IMG/VR virus record: IMGVR_UViG_3300014888_000001
Coordinates: 1-45,986 of that record
DNA from: a virus
Length of the DNA stretch: 45,986 nt
Strand: one strand, 5' to 3'
Every line of letters begins with the position of its first letter. The first letter of the stretch is position 1. The notes below the pieces were generated by a model that ran no database searches, was not told the origin of the DNA, and worked only from the letters and a program-made list of their open reading frames with translations. Positions 22,087-30,993 of this stretch are shown piece by piece. The position numbers and the translations under genes were made by a program.

Positions 22087-23060
22087 CAATTAAAATCTTC
22101 TCCAGCGAAGAGCTAAGCAACAACGATTATCATGCAGAAACCGAACACGTATCTGGATCGCAACTGCATAAGCTGTTCATCACCAGCCCGGCATCGTTCA
22201 GGTACGGCGTTGCAGAGGATGAGGAACCGCAGGATAAATCGCGCCCCCTTAACTTCGGTAGCTGCGCGCATACCAACCTTCTTGAGCCGGAAAAGTTCCA
22301 TGCCGAATACATTCGCGGGACGATGAAGGATGACAAGCTGGACGGTATTTTCCTTACTACCCAGGCGGCGTGCGGAAAGTTTCTTACCGACAGGGGAATC
22401 AAGGGCCACTCCGGGAAGAAATACCCGGAACTGATTCAGATGGTGAAGTCCGCAACTAAGCCTGGCGAGGTTGTTCGGGTATTGGCAGAGATTGAGCAGC
22501 AAGAGGAAGAGGATGCTAAATCAACCGCGCGCACCATTATCCGTGGCGATGACTTCGACGCCTGCCTGAAGATGCGCGAGGTGCTTTACCAGAATGGCGA
22601 TGTGCGGCACATCATCGGCACCGGCCAGCCAGAGGTTAGCTGCTTCGCTGAGATTGATGGCGTGCCGGTTAAGGTGCGGTGGGACTATGTTTATGACTGG
22701 TCAATCATGGACTATAAGACTACCATCAGTGCCCATCCAGAGCAGTTCAGCCGTCAGTGCTTTAACGCTGGTTATTACCTGAAGATGGCGCTACAGCATG
22801 ACGTGTTTGAGCTGGCTTATGGTCGCAAACCTGCTGCGGTTAAGCTGCTGGCACAGGAGAAGAAACACCCATTCATTCCGGTGATGTATCGCATGACCGA
22901 AGAGCAACTGCATATCGGTCGAATGATGTACAAGTCAGCCCTGCAGCAGTATCGGGCATGCCGTGAGCGTGACGTTTGGCCGGCATACGGCGGCGGCGCA
23001 GAAATGGAGTTACAGACTCCGGGGTTCGTTAAAAACCAGTATAAGGATTTCATCAAATGA
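22083..23060 (+). CDS. PD-(D/E)XK recombination exonuclease (RecE/DUF3799-like)
   Basis: NNDYHA...VSGSQL N-terminus, FGSCAHTNLLEP, VRWDYV...IMDYKTT. Immediately upstream of erf. Confidence 0.65.
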   Translation: MTIKIFSSEELSNNDYHAETEHVSGSQLHKLFITSPASFRYGVAEDEEPQDKSRPLNFGSCAHTNLLEPEKFHAEYIRGTMKDDKLDGIFLTTQAACGKFLTDRGIKGHSGKKYPELIQMVKSATKPGEVVRVLAEIEQQEEEDAKSTARTIIRGDDFDACLKMREVLYQNGDVRHIIGTGQPEVSCFAEIDGVPVKVRWDYVYDWSIMDYKTTISAHPEQFSRQCFNAGYYLKMALQHDVFELAYGRKPAAVKLLAQEKKHPFIPVMYRMTEEQLHIGRMMYKSALQQYRACRERDVWPAYGGGAEMELQTPGFVKNQYKDFIK

Positions 23061-23710
23061 TTCTCAGCGAAAACAGCAGCAACTTCATCAAGGCGTTCTT
23101 TGAGGTTCGTTCGCTTATCAGTGGAAAGGTGGAGAAGAATACAGCGAATAACCACCTTAAGAGCAAGTATGCTGACCTTGGTTCTGTATTCAAAGCCATT
23201 ACGCCAGCACTTGAGGCCAACCGAATCCTGCCAATTCAGAGCGCCACTATGAACGACCGGGGGCAGGTGGAGGTTGTTACGGTGCTTATGCACGATAGCG
23301 GGGAGAGCGCCACCTTTACCAGTTGCATCCCTCTGGCCAAGGCTGACGCCCATGGATTTGGTAGCGCATTCACCTATGCGCGCCGCTACTCTCTAATGGG
23401 TATCTTCGGCCTGGTTCCGGCGGACGATGACGGCAACGCATCTCGCAAGACAGCGAAAGACGTCACTAAGGCGATGGATAAGGCTGAAGATTTGCCAGCA
23501 ATGGATAAGGTGCTTGAGCACGCTAAGCAATACTTCTCTGGTGACTCAGCAAGCCTGCGAGTGATACAGTCTCACTACGACAAGCGAAAGGCTGACATGC
23601 AGGCGGATAGTGCGGTAGGATTCAATCCACTTAAGCCGGTTCAAAAGGCAGCAGCACAGCAACCATCAGCGCCAGTTGGCGAAGATTTAAACCCTATTGA
23701 AGAATTCTGA
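23057..23710 (+). CDS. erf: ERF-family single-strand annealing protein
   Basis: KSKYADLGSV...ITPAL...LMHDSGES...HGFGSAFTYARRYSLMGIFGLVPADDDGNA. Confidence 0.8.
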   Translation: MILSENSSNFIKAFFEVRSLISGKVEKNTANNHLKSKYADLGSVFKAITPALEANRILPIQSATMNDRGQVEVVTVLMHDSGESATFTSCIPLAKADAHGFGSAFTYARRYSLMGIFGLVPADDDGNASRKTAKDVTKAMDKAEDLPAMDKVLEHAKQYFSGDSASLRVIQSHYDKRKADMQADSAVGFNPLKPVQKAAAQQPSAPVGEDLNPIEEF

Positions 23711-23724
23711 TAAGAGAGATAACC

Positions 23725-24195
23725 ATGCACGTAATCACCGGAACCATCCGCAAAGCGCCATATACAAAGACAGGAAGCAACTCTAAGGGCGATTGGAAGC
23801 TATATGCCATTGAGCTTTCAGAGTCATGGAAGGATAAGGAAGGGCAGCGTCATTATTCAAATTACCGTGCGTCGATGTTTGCCAGCACGCCTGGCAGCAT
23901 CGGATATAACGATGAAGTGCTGGTAGAGGGAGCAGTTGTATCGATTTCATCAGAGTGTTTGCAGGTTGTATCTCGCGAGAGCAACGGCAAGATGTATACT
24001 CACTTGGAGATGATTCAGCCTCGCGTTGTGTTTGCCAAGGCACCTGAAGGTGCTGCGCCTCAGCAACAGGCGCCACAGCAACAGCGTGCACCACAACAGT
24101 CACAGCAGAGCGCGCCGCCAGCTGACTTCGACTCGGACATCCCCTTTGCTCCAGTCGGCCTGCAGTATGCAAGCCACGCCATTTACTCAATTTAA
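23725..24195 (+). CDS. ssb: SSB-like protein with a Q/P linker and an internal DFDSDIPF motif
   Basis: 156 aa. Position after erf. QQQAPQQQRAPQQSQQSAPPADFDSDIPF followed by 15 further residues. Confidence 0.55.
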   Translation: MHVITGTIRKAPYTKTGSNSKGDWKLYAIELSESWKDKEGQRHYSNYRASMFASTPGSIGYNDEVLVEGAVVSISSECLQVVSRESNGKMYTHLEMIQPRVVFAKAPEGAAPQQQAPQQQRAPQQSQQSAPPADFDSDIPFAPVGLQYASHAIYSI

Positions 24196-24204
24196 GGATC
24201 AACC

Positions 24205-24402
24205 ATGAAAAGCAACCTGAAGAAGTTACGTGAAAAGGCAGAGTTAAGCCAGCCACAACTGGCGCAGTTATCCGGCGTGAGTCAGCAGACGATCAGCAAG
24301 ATTGAGATGGAAGAGGATGGATACTCGCCGAAGCATGATACGCTGGTCAGCATCGGAAATGCGTTAGGTGTTCATCTTGATGAAATAACAAATGTCAAAT
24401 GA
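24205..24402 (+). CDS. XRE-family HTH transcriptional regulator (65 aa)
   Basis: LREKAELSQPQLAQLSGVSQQTISKIE is a canonical HTH_3 pattern. Confidence 0.8.
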   Translation: MKSNLKKLREKAELSQPQLAQLSGVSQQTISKIEMEEDGYSPKHDTLVSIGNALGVHLDEITNVK

Positions 24403-24404
24403 AT

Positions 24405-24428
24405 AAAGCCCCTTTCGGGGCTTTTTTT
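24405..24428. terminator. Bidirectional hairpin terminator at a convergent block junction
   Basis: AAAGCCCC-tttc-GGGGCTTT followed by T-run; A-rich 5' flank. Confidence 0.8.
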
Positions 24429-24843
24429 ATGCTGGAACGTCTGGCCAGGATATGTCTTGATCAGTTGAAGTATCTACCCGGTTAAGCAGTACGAGGTACC
24501 TCTTCCATGAAGTTAGAAGAGTGGATTCTTCTGGCGTTGCCATTTCCAGATCAGCTGCATACTGTAAAACCGAAATGTTACTTTCAGCAGATAGTCTTAA
24601 CTCCTGCTTTCTGCTGTCATTAATTAATTTGTAATCAATCTTTGGCTTTGAGAATTTCCTGGCTTTATATACCCAGCCATATTCAGGTGAAGGATCAACA
24701 TTAGTTATATCGACCCATATAAGATCAGGGTGAAATAATTGGGTTATATCTTCCTCTGTCTCGAATATTTCAGCCACGATTCCATTGTCAATTCTTGCAT
24801 ACTTAGCCACGATTCCATTGTCAATTCTTGCATACTTAGCCAT
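24427..24843 (-). CDS. Tail fibre assembly/chaperone protein (138 aa; start trimmed to MAKYARIDNG)
   Basis: ATG 24843 overlaps the fibre stop (TAATG). M.KYA.I.NGIV N-terminus and a ...ISWPDVP C-terminus are typical of Tfa-type proteins. Confidence 0.7.
   Translation of the reverse strand: MAKYARIDNGIVAKYARIDNGIVAEIFETEEDITQLFHPDLIWVDITNVDPSPEYGWVYKARKFSKPKIDYKLINDSRKQELRLSAESNISVLQYAADLEMATPEESTLLTSWKRYLVLLNRVDTSTDQDISWPDVPA
24773..24838. repeat. Perfect 33-bp tandem duplication (2 copies plus 5 nt) within the Tfa N-terminus
   Basis: gccacgattccattgtcaattcttgcatactta at 24773-24805 and 24806-24838. Encodes AKYARIDNGIV twice. Confidence 0.95.
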
Positions 24844-26090
24844 TAGGAATACTCCTCGATAACAACCACTCCATAAGCGCCAGCCCTGCCAACAACTGAA
24901 GATTGAGATGCATTCCCGCCGCCGCCACCACCAAAAGCGCCTGCGGTGGGAAACGCTGAAGCTGATCCATTTGCTGAACGATACCCCCCACCCCAAAAAG
25001 AAGCGCCGCCATCACCTGACCCACCAGAAAATCCAGATCCCGGACTATCACTACCGTATCCTCCATTCAAATTAATGTCCCCTCCCGACCCTACACCTCC
25101 AGCTCCACCAGTCCCGGAAACCCCAGGGGAACCTCCTGTTGCAGAAACAATGGTTGAAAATGATGAGGATCCCCCTGCCGTTGGGGTTCCCAATCCTACC
25201 GTTATTGCATAGCTCGCAAGCGTAATTGGAAGAAGTTTTATCGCCGTTCCGCCAGCGCCCCCACCTGCGCCCCTTGCAGCATTAAGAACAAATTCACCTG
25301 AGCCCCCTGCCGCTGTGACAATTACCTTGATTTTGGTTGTTCCGGGCGACGGGGTATATGTCCCTGAAGATAGGAATGTCTGAATCGACAATAACCTTCC
25401 TGAGTAGCCAAGAATGCTACTATCAAGGATCACATCATTTCCATCGCCAACCACATGCGCAGTAAATGCCGAGGGAACGGACACCCCTGACCCAGTAGGC
25501 GTTTTCACCGTTACTGAAAATGCACCAGTACAATTGTTAACTATGGTCCACTTTTTTCTCCAGGCAGGCACGGTGAGGCTTATGTTTGCAGAAAGGGAGC
25601 CAGTTAAGACAATCCTTTCCTTCGATGCCTGAAGCGCAGTCAATGTAAGGGATGATCCGGATAATCCTGTAATAGCCGTTGTGCCATAGCTATCCGATGG
25701 CACCCATCCAGTCAGAGACGCATTAGAATTTTCAGGGTTTGCGGTATTGTCCTGAACTGTATTCATCCAGTAACCACTCCCTGTGCTATTGGGTATTCTT
25801 GCTCCTATCGGATACCCACCGATAGCTGTAGAGAATGCTGAATCATATACATAACCACCACCCGCCGAGAAGTAGCGGTTGAATGATGACTGCTCGAACA
25901 GGATCTGGTTCATATCCTGGCCTTTAGGTGGCAATCCTCCTGCGCTCTTAAGCGTCATGGTAATAGGGGGGAATCCCTGGTCGTATGATGCCTGATTGCT
26001 ACCACTTGGAGTGGTTGGGGTAATCGGCTCTCTCGGGCCATTGGCGCCAAATGGCGTAGCTTGTTTCTGTGGTGCGTCATTAGACTTCAT
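24843..26090 (-). CDS. Tail fibre protein with a glycine-rich C-terminal domain
   Basis: 415 aa. GLPPKGQDMNQILF...GGYPIGA N-terminal fibre-type motif. C-terminal GG-rich blocks. Last structural gene before Tfa. Confidence 0.75.
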   Translation of the reverse strand: MKSNDAPQKQATPFGANGPREPITPTTPSGSNQASYDQGFPPITMTLKSAGGLPPKGQDMNQILFEQSSFNRYFSAGGGYVYDSAFSTAIGGYPIGARIPNSTGSGYWMNTVQDNTANPENSNASLTGWVPSDSYGTTAITGLSGSSLTLTALQASKERIVLTGSLSANISLTVPAWRKKWTIVNNCTGAFSVTVKTPTGSGVSVPSAFTAHVVGDGNDVILDSSILGYSGRLLSIQTFLSSGTYTPSPGTTKIKVIVTAAGGSGEFVLNAARGAGGGAGGTAIKLLPITLASYAITVGLGTPTAGGSSSFSTIVSATGGSPGVSGTGGAGGVGSGGDINLNGGYGSDSPGSGFSGGSGDGGASFWGGGYRSANGSASAFPTAGAFGGGGGGNASQSSVVGRAGAYGVVVIEEYS

Positions 26091-26738
26091 TTATTGAACT
26101 CCATAAAAAATACCTTCATTAAACCCATATGCGTCTTCAGAGAAACCGAAGTCAGGGTTTACAATCTGAGTCAGCCTTAATTGTACGCCAGAGGGTATAG
26201 GCATTACATCATAATTCATCAGGATGGACTTCTCATAGGGCTGCAACTCAAATAAGGTTGTTATTCCCATGGCCATGCCAAAATAGTTGCTGCAGAAGGC
26301 CACGCCACGTCCAGCAAAAAGCATGCGCAGGAACTGGTTGATCTCAGGGATGGTGACAATCGATATGTTGCTGAATGCCTTTGCCAGAATAAGCGTGCGA
26401 TAAGCATCATCTACCAAGCGAACATTCGTCGTTTCCTGCACACCTGCGTAAAATGGCGAGCTGTTGAATACGTCAGGGTAGAGCGTCGAATCGTTGTCTT
26501 CAGCCTCAAAGAAACCAAAGCTATCACTGTCGATATCCGCCTTTATGTAACGACTGATGTTAACTATCTTACCCCACATATCAAGGCCAAAGCTGCCGTT
26601 GGTAGTTAAATCCCAGACGTCACGAATGAAATCATCAGTGAAATCATCCAAAGATACGGCCTGGTCAAATGTGGATATGATGTTTATCAACCTTTCGCTG
26701 GCTGAATACTGCTTCAGGATTGTATCTTGCCAGCTCAT
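26091..26738 (-). CDS. DUF2612-like baseplate/fibre-attachment protein
   Basis: ILKQYSASERLINII...DVWDLTTNGSFGLDMWGKIV pattern; position between the J-like gene and the fibre. Confidence 0.6.
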   Translation of the reverse strand: MSWQDTILKQYSASERLINIISTFDQAVSLDDFTDDFIRDVWDLTTNGSFGLDMWGKIVNISRYIKADIDSDSFGFFEAEDNDSTLYPDVFNSSPFYAGVQETTNVRLVDDAYRTLILAKAFSNISIVTIPEINQFLRMLFAGRGVAFCSNYFGMAMGITTLFELQPYEKSILMNYDVMPIPSGVQLRLTQIVNPDFGFSEDAYGFNEGIFYGVQ

Positions 26739-27979
26739 AACAGCACCACCGTAACATTGCTTTGGTCAATTACCGGAACCTGGTCAATTCCCATTGTTAC
26801 CGCCGGAAGGAAGGTAACGCCGTCCTTTGAGATGGTGATAATGGTGACGCTTACGGTGTTAGGATTGATAGCAATCACCGGCGCATAAAGCCTACTGGCT
26901 GACACAGTAGAGCCAATCCTGGCCTTTGGTACTCCATCCACCATGCCGTTTATTGCATTTACCACCACACCTTTAACCTGCGGCGTAATATCACTTGGCG
27001 GATTAAGTGAGGCATCAATCTCAACCCTGACGTAAATGGTTGTTGGGGTAACTGATTCCCACTGCATTAAATACTGAGGCTGAGGGGCAGGGTAGGTCAT
27101 ATCCATAATGGTGAAAGTGGTGTCACCATTCATATTAGCGCCGGGGTTGTAGGTATTAAAAATGGCCTCAGCGACATCAGCAGGCTGCCCACCGTAAACG
27201 CCGATATAAATTGAATGTGGCTTTACAGGGTAGTTAGTGACACCCTGATTTACCGTTGCATCTGTGCGGTTTGACCAGACATAAGCATCAAGAACGCCGG
27301 CAGTCGCAAGCAATGCAGATCGCACGCTGCCATCCTGATTCCTGCTGCCGCGATAAACTGATTCTTTGCGGCGAGCCTCGAAAGCCAGGCGACTCTCTAC
27401 ATCAACACCCTGAACGCCAGCCGATTCGTTGTAAACTGAATCCCATCCATCAACGCTACGATAAATCGTGTTTAGCTCACCTGGAGATACGGCAATGGGT
27501 CCGCCTGTCTGGTTGGTGAATTGCACGTCTATTGAACCAGAGGCAGAGATGGTTACGGCGTAGTTGGTGGCATAAATATAACCATTTGTGTCAATTGCTG
27601 TGCTGCCAGCGGGGATGACGGTATTCACCTTTCCCGCAATGGTGGCGGTGACAACGGTTCCCGATCCAGCAATTCGCTCCATGAAGTAGATGCGCCCAAT
27701 GCCATCCTGGAACCTGCCAGAGGAGAAGTCAGGATTAATCTGACTGAAAAGCACCAGCAATTTGTCATATATCTGAGCGATAATCTCAGTGTCTGACATG
27801 GCCATTTGACCCTGCGGCGAACTCAGAGCCATGCTTGGCTCAACTCCAGAGCCGTTTCCGATTGAAAGGGCGTTAAAAAGGTCCGTAAGTCGCCCGCTCA
27901 GAACGTCCGCAACTTCCGGCACGCTGATGCCATTTTCTGTAATTGTTACGTCCGGTACAGACGTCTGAATAGTTGTCAT
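26735..27979 (-). CDS. Baseplate J-like wedge protein
   Basis: 414 aa. Synteny V-W-J-fibre; overlapping starts and stops. Confidence 0.6.
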   Translation of the reverse strand: MTTIQTSVPDVTITENGISVPEVADVLSGRLTDLFNALSIGNGSGVEPSMALSSPQGQMAMSDTEIIAQIYDKLLVLFSQINPDFSSGRFQDGIGRIYFMERIAGSGTVVTATIAGKVNTVIPAGSTAIDTNGYIYATNYAVTISASGSIDVQFTNQTGGPIAVSPGELNTIYRSVDGWDSVYNESAGVQGVDVESRLAFEARRKESVYRGSRNQDGSVRSALLATAGVLDAYVWSNRTDATVNQGVTNYPVKPHSIYIGVYGGQPADVAEAIFNTYNPGANMNGDTTFTIMDMTYPAPQPQYLMQWESVTPTTIYVRVEIDASLNPPSDITPQVKGVVVNAINGMVDGVPKARIGSTVSASRLYAPVIAINPNTVSVTIITISKDGVTFLPAVTMGIDQVPVIDQSNVTVVLL

Positions 27980-28335
27980 AAAGTAACCTGCGCCGTGTTT
28001 CCTTCAGTGTCGGTAAGCAGCATTCTGCCGCGTGCTGATCGTGTCTCACGGTCAAAGTATACCGTACAAATGGCCTGGTCTACTATCGGCAGTTTCTTCG
28101 CTTCATTCTGCATCTTCTGAGCGATATAAACCGTGGAAGGCGGCTTGCCAAGCACCTGAGTATCCCAGGGAATCCCAAGCGTGTTGTCATAATAGCACTC
28201 CCCATAGAATACCAGGCATGCGCTTGCCGATTCCTGCGCCACCGCCTCTGACGATGTAGCTACGGCAATGTTGCCGAATCCATCAAGTGTTAAATCCCAG
28301 GTTGACGTGTCGAGCTTTGCTGTTGCGAATGTCAT
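27976..28335 (-). CDS. Baseplate wedge protein (W/gp25-position, 119 aa)
   Basis: Size and synteny. Confidence 0.5.
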   Translation of the reverse strand: MTFATAKLDTSTWDLTLDGFGNIAVATSSEAVAQESASACLVFYGECYYDNTLGIPWDTQVLGKPPSTVYIAQKMQNEAKKLPIVDQAICTVYFDRETRSARGRMLLTDTEGNTAQVTL

Positions 28336-29042
28336 ACTGGCTTGTCCGTAGTGTTGGATGTTGCTGTTGATGAGCCACTCTGCACGTTTGGAACTGGATG
28401 CTTGTGAGCGTCATATGCATCACGCAGCGATTTAATGCTAGCTGCCTGCGTGCCATTGTTATCGGTTATGTTACCACCTGCTGTAATGTTGCCAGTGAAG
28501 TGAGCGTTTGGAGTGTTGAATGTGGTTCCAGATGGTGCCGTGACTGTTAGCTTGCCTGGCGTGTTGAGGATTATCTCATTGCCAAGGAATTGAATGTACT
28601 CCGTAGGCTGTCCATTCATAAACCCACCCAGGTAAAGCCCGTCAGACCTGCTATGCCTGCGCTTTCCACCAGGAACAGAAACATCAAGGTTGGCTCTCAC
28701 AACGGTTGTGTCGCCATCACATACTGCCATCATGCCAATATCACCCACTACCGGGTCCATGATGATAGCGCTCGATCCACGCTGCAATCTGAATACCGGG
28801 CATCCATACACCGTGGAATTTTCAATCATCGCGCCAGAAGGGTCAATCTGGGTCATCAGGGGCATAACGTCAACCGTCAGATTTGGCGCCGCGCCTTTAA
28901 CTGCAACAACCTTAACTAGCTCAATGAAGAATCTGCTATTTAGCAGTCGGTTAAAGCTGAATGCGAATGCCTCTGCATCACTGGTTTGCGAGGATGGTGG
29001 CTGGTAAAAGCTCTGCTGGTTATTGCTTGATTGTTCCGCCAT
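28332..29042 (-). CDS. Baseplate assembly protein V / Mu gp45-like spike
   Basis: VAVKGAAPNLTVDVMPL...PVFRLQRGSSAIIMDPVVGDIGMMAVCDGD and a C-terminal HKHPVPNVQSGSS apex-like motif. Confidence 0.65.
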   Translation of the reverse strand: MAEQSSNNQQSFYQPPSSQTSDAEAFAFSFNRLLNSRFFIELVKVVAVKGAAPNLTVDVMPLMTQIDPSGAMIENSTVYGCPVFRLQRGSSAIIMDPVVGDIGMMAVCDGDTTVVRANLDVSVPGGKRRHSRSDGLYLGGFMNGQPTEYIQFLGNEIILNTPGKLTVTAPSGTTFNTPNAHFTGNITAGGNITDNNGTQAASIKSLRDAYDAHKHPVPNVQSGSSTATSNTTDKPV

Positions 29043-29886
29043 CTGGAATTTTTGTCCCTTGCGCTATGGTCAGCCAGGGTCCGTCTTTGACCCATGATGA
29101 CAGGTAGTGATCGACCGCAAACAACTGATAGGTTCCAGTGGCGTGCGGCAGTATGGTTTCCAGTTTAACATAGCGACCCTGAGCAAGGTAGGTGCTGAAC
29201 TGCGCCTGAAAAGTTATTCCGCTTGGAGTGAATACGGGGTATCCCACCAGGCCGTACTCTTTGGAAACGAGAGGAATTAACGTGTCTGTCTGTGTTCCTT
29301 GCTTCCATGCGATAACGTTCTTTCCGTTAACGGAAAACGCGAGGCCTGCTGAGTTGCATGCAAATCTCACCTGGTCCATCACGCTTCCGGCAAAATATGG
29401 ATTGGTGGTCACGATGCCATCTATGCCAACGCCACGGAAGTTATAGCCATTACTCTGACATATTGCCTTCAGGATGTCAGTGTACGGCTGCGAACCCTCC
29501 AGCGAAAAAGGCTTAGCTGCACGCCTTGACAGCTCAAGCCCTGCCACGGCGCTAATGACCAGAGACGAATCAGGGACGGCATTCATGTTGGCGTAACAGG
29601 AGAAAATCTGGCCAGAGAAAACTTCAGTATCATTAGCGAAAACAGTCATGCCAATGCGCTGTAGCTGGTCTGTGTATGGACCGATACCTTTTGCAGACAG
29701 TGCTGCGATAAGGTCCATGCCAAGGCCGTATAGCGTTACCTCAGTCTGGAAGCCGCCAGTGTTTCCCATGTATGAAACTTTGCACATGGCCTTGCAGTTG
29801 CTGATTGAAAGAGAGGTATTTCCAGCCTCATCAAATGCGCCGGTGTAGTTTTCAAACTCAAAGCGCAGCGTCTTCTCACTGTACAA
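29020..29886 (-). CDS. Baseplate hub-associated protein (288 aa)
   Basis: Synteny only. Confidence 0.45.
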   Translation of the reverse strand: MYSEKTLRFEFENYTGAFDEAGNTSLSISNCKAMCKVSYMGNTGGFQTEVTLYGLGMDLIAALSAKGIGPYTDQLQRIGMTVFANDTEVFSGQIFSCYANMNAVPDSSLVISAVAGLELSRRAAKPFSLEGSQPYTDILKAICQSNGYNFRGVGIDGIVTTNPYFAGSVMDQVRFACNSAGLAFSVNGKNVIAWKQGTQTDTLIPLVSKEYGLVGYPVFTPSGITFQAQFSTYLAQGRYVKLETILPHATGTYQLFAVDHYLSSWVKDGPWLTIAQGTKIPDGGTIKQ

Positions 29887-30181
29887 GTTCGGCCTCCGTC
29901 ATGTAGAAGAGGTTAAACCTGGAGCCAAGCTGTGAGAATTCAGGGTCAGATTGCCCCTGAGTATCAAGGAAAACCAGATCGCCAGAGAACCCAAGGTATG
30001 AATAGCGAACCATTCGAGTAGCGTACAGGCACGGGACGCCCTGAATAATAGCCACGTCATTTACCGAAAGGTCCATATAGATGCCGCTATCACGCTGCAC
30101 CAGGCGGATAGAGCAGGGCTGGTTAGCCAGCGTGACGTTGAATGACTGCTCCTTTACTGGCTCGACAGATACGGTAATCAT
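29876..30181 (-). CDS. Tail/baseplate small protein (101 aa)
   Basis: Synteny only. Confidence 0.45.
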   Translation of the reverse strand: MITVSVEPVKEQSFNVTLANQPCSIRLVQRDSGIYMDLSVNDVAIIQGVPCLYATRMVRYSYLGFSGDLVFLDTQGQSDPEFSQLGSRFNLFYMTEAELVQ

Positions 30182-30993
30182 GATATTGCGCCTGAAATTG
30201 ACTTGACGATAACGGTGGCCTTATCCGTGGCGCTCTTTGCCACTTCGGCTGCGGTCTTGGTGACGGTCTGTGAAGCGCTCTGGAAAGAGTCAGTTACCTG
30301 ACCAGAAACCTGGTCTGTTAGCTGGCCAGTAGCCTTCTTGAGGTTATTCCAGGACTTGCTCAACTCATCGAGTGCTGAAGGCTTTGCGCTGGCTTCCTTC
30401 GTAATGCTCGACATTCCAGTGATTCCAGATGCCTTTTCGTTTGTGGTTGGCTTTTCGCTCGACTGGCCACCAGACAGTTGCACCTCCATTTGCTCCAGTA
30501 TCTCCTGAAACTCCAGGTAAACGGTTAGCAGGGTGACGCCGCTCTGAGCGGTAATCTTATGGCTGTGGTCAACCAGGTCGTAGCCTTCAAGTACGCCATC
30601 CGGCGTCTCGATGTCATAAAGACCCGTCGTCTCCAGCATCTCTTTGATACGAGCCAGAGTTGCGGAGCGGCTGGTCAGCGTTAGATCGAAAATGTTGGGG
30701 ATGTTCCCGCTGTATCCTGTAAGCCCTGAAACCACCACGGCGCACTGAACCCGGTTAGGCTCGCGCACCTTGTTGATGGCTTGATACTTTCCGCCTTCAA
30801 TCGGCGCTGTGGTGATGGACGCCCGGCCATTGTTGCCGAACGACATCATGCCGCTGTATTCAAGCCCGACCTCGCCACTTCCTGATTGCCTGATAGCGTA
30901 AGTAGGGTGCAGGATGCCATTGATAATGGATAGCGGAGAACCTCCGCCGATCGCATTGAATATGTCTGCTGTGTTGAGTGACAGGATGCTCAT
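30178..30993 (-). CDS. Tail protein downstream of the tape measure (271 aa)
   Basis: Synteny; ATGA coupling with the tape measure gene. Confidence 0.45.
   Translation of the reverse strand: MSILSLNTADIFNAIGGGSPLSIINGILHPTYAIRQSGSGEVGLEYSGMMSFGNNGRASITTAPIEGGKYQAINKVREPNRVQCAVVVSGLTGYSGNIPNIFDLTLTSRSATLARIKEMLETTGLYDIETPDGVLEGYDLVDHSHKITAQSGVTLLTVYLEFQEILEQMEVQLSGGQSSEKPTTNEKASGITGMSSITKEASAKPSALDELSKSWNNLKKATGQLTDQVSGQVTDSFQSASQTVTKTAAEVAKSATDKATVIVKSISGAIS

Noticed and set aside
24205-24402. XRE-family HTH as evidence for a lysogeny (CI/Cro) switch
   Set aside because: No integrase, excisionase, partition genes or divergent repressor pair were found. The gene is the last of a rightward replication/recombination operon and is more likely a transcriptional regulator of a virulent phage.
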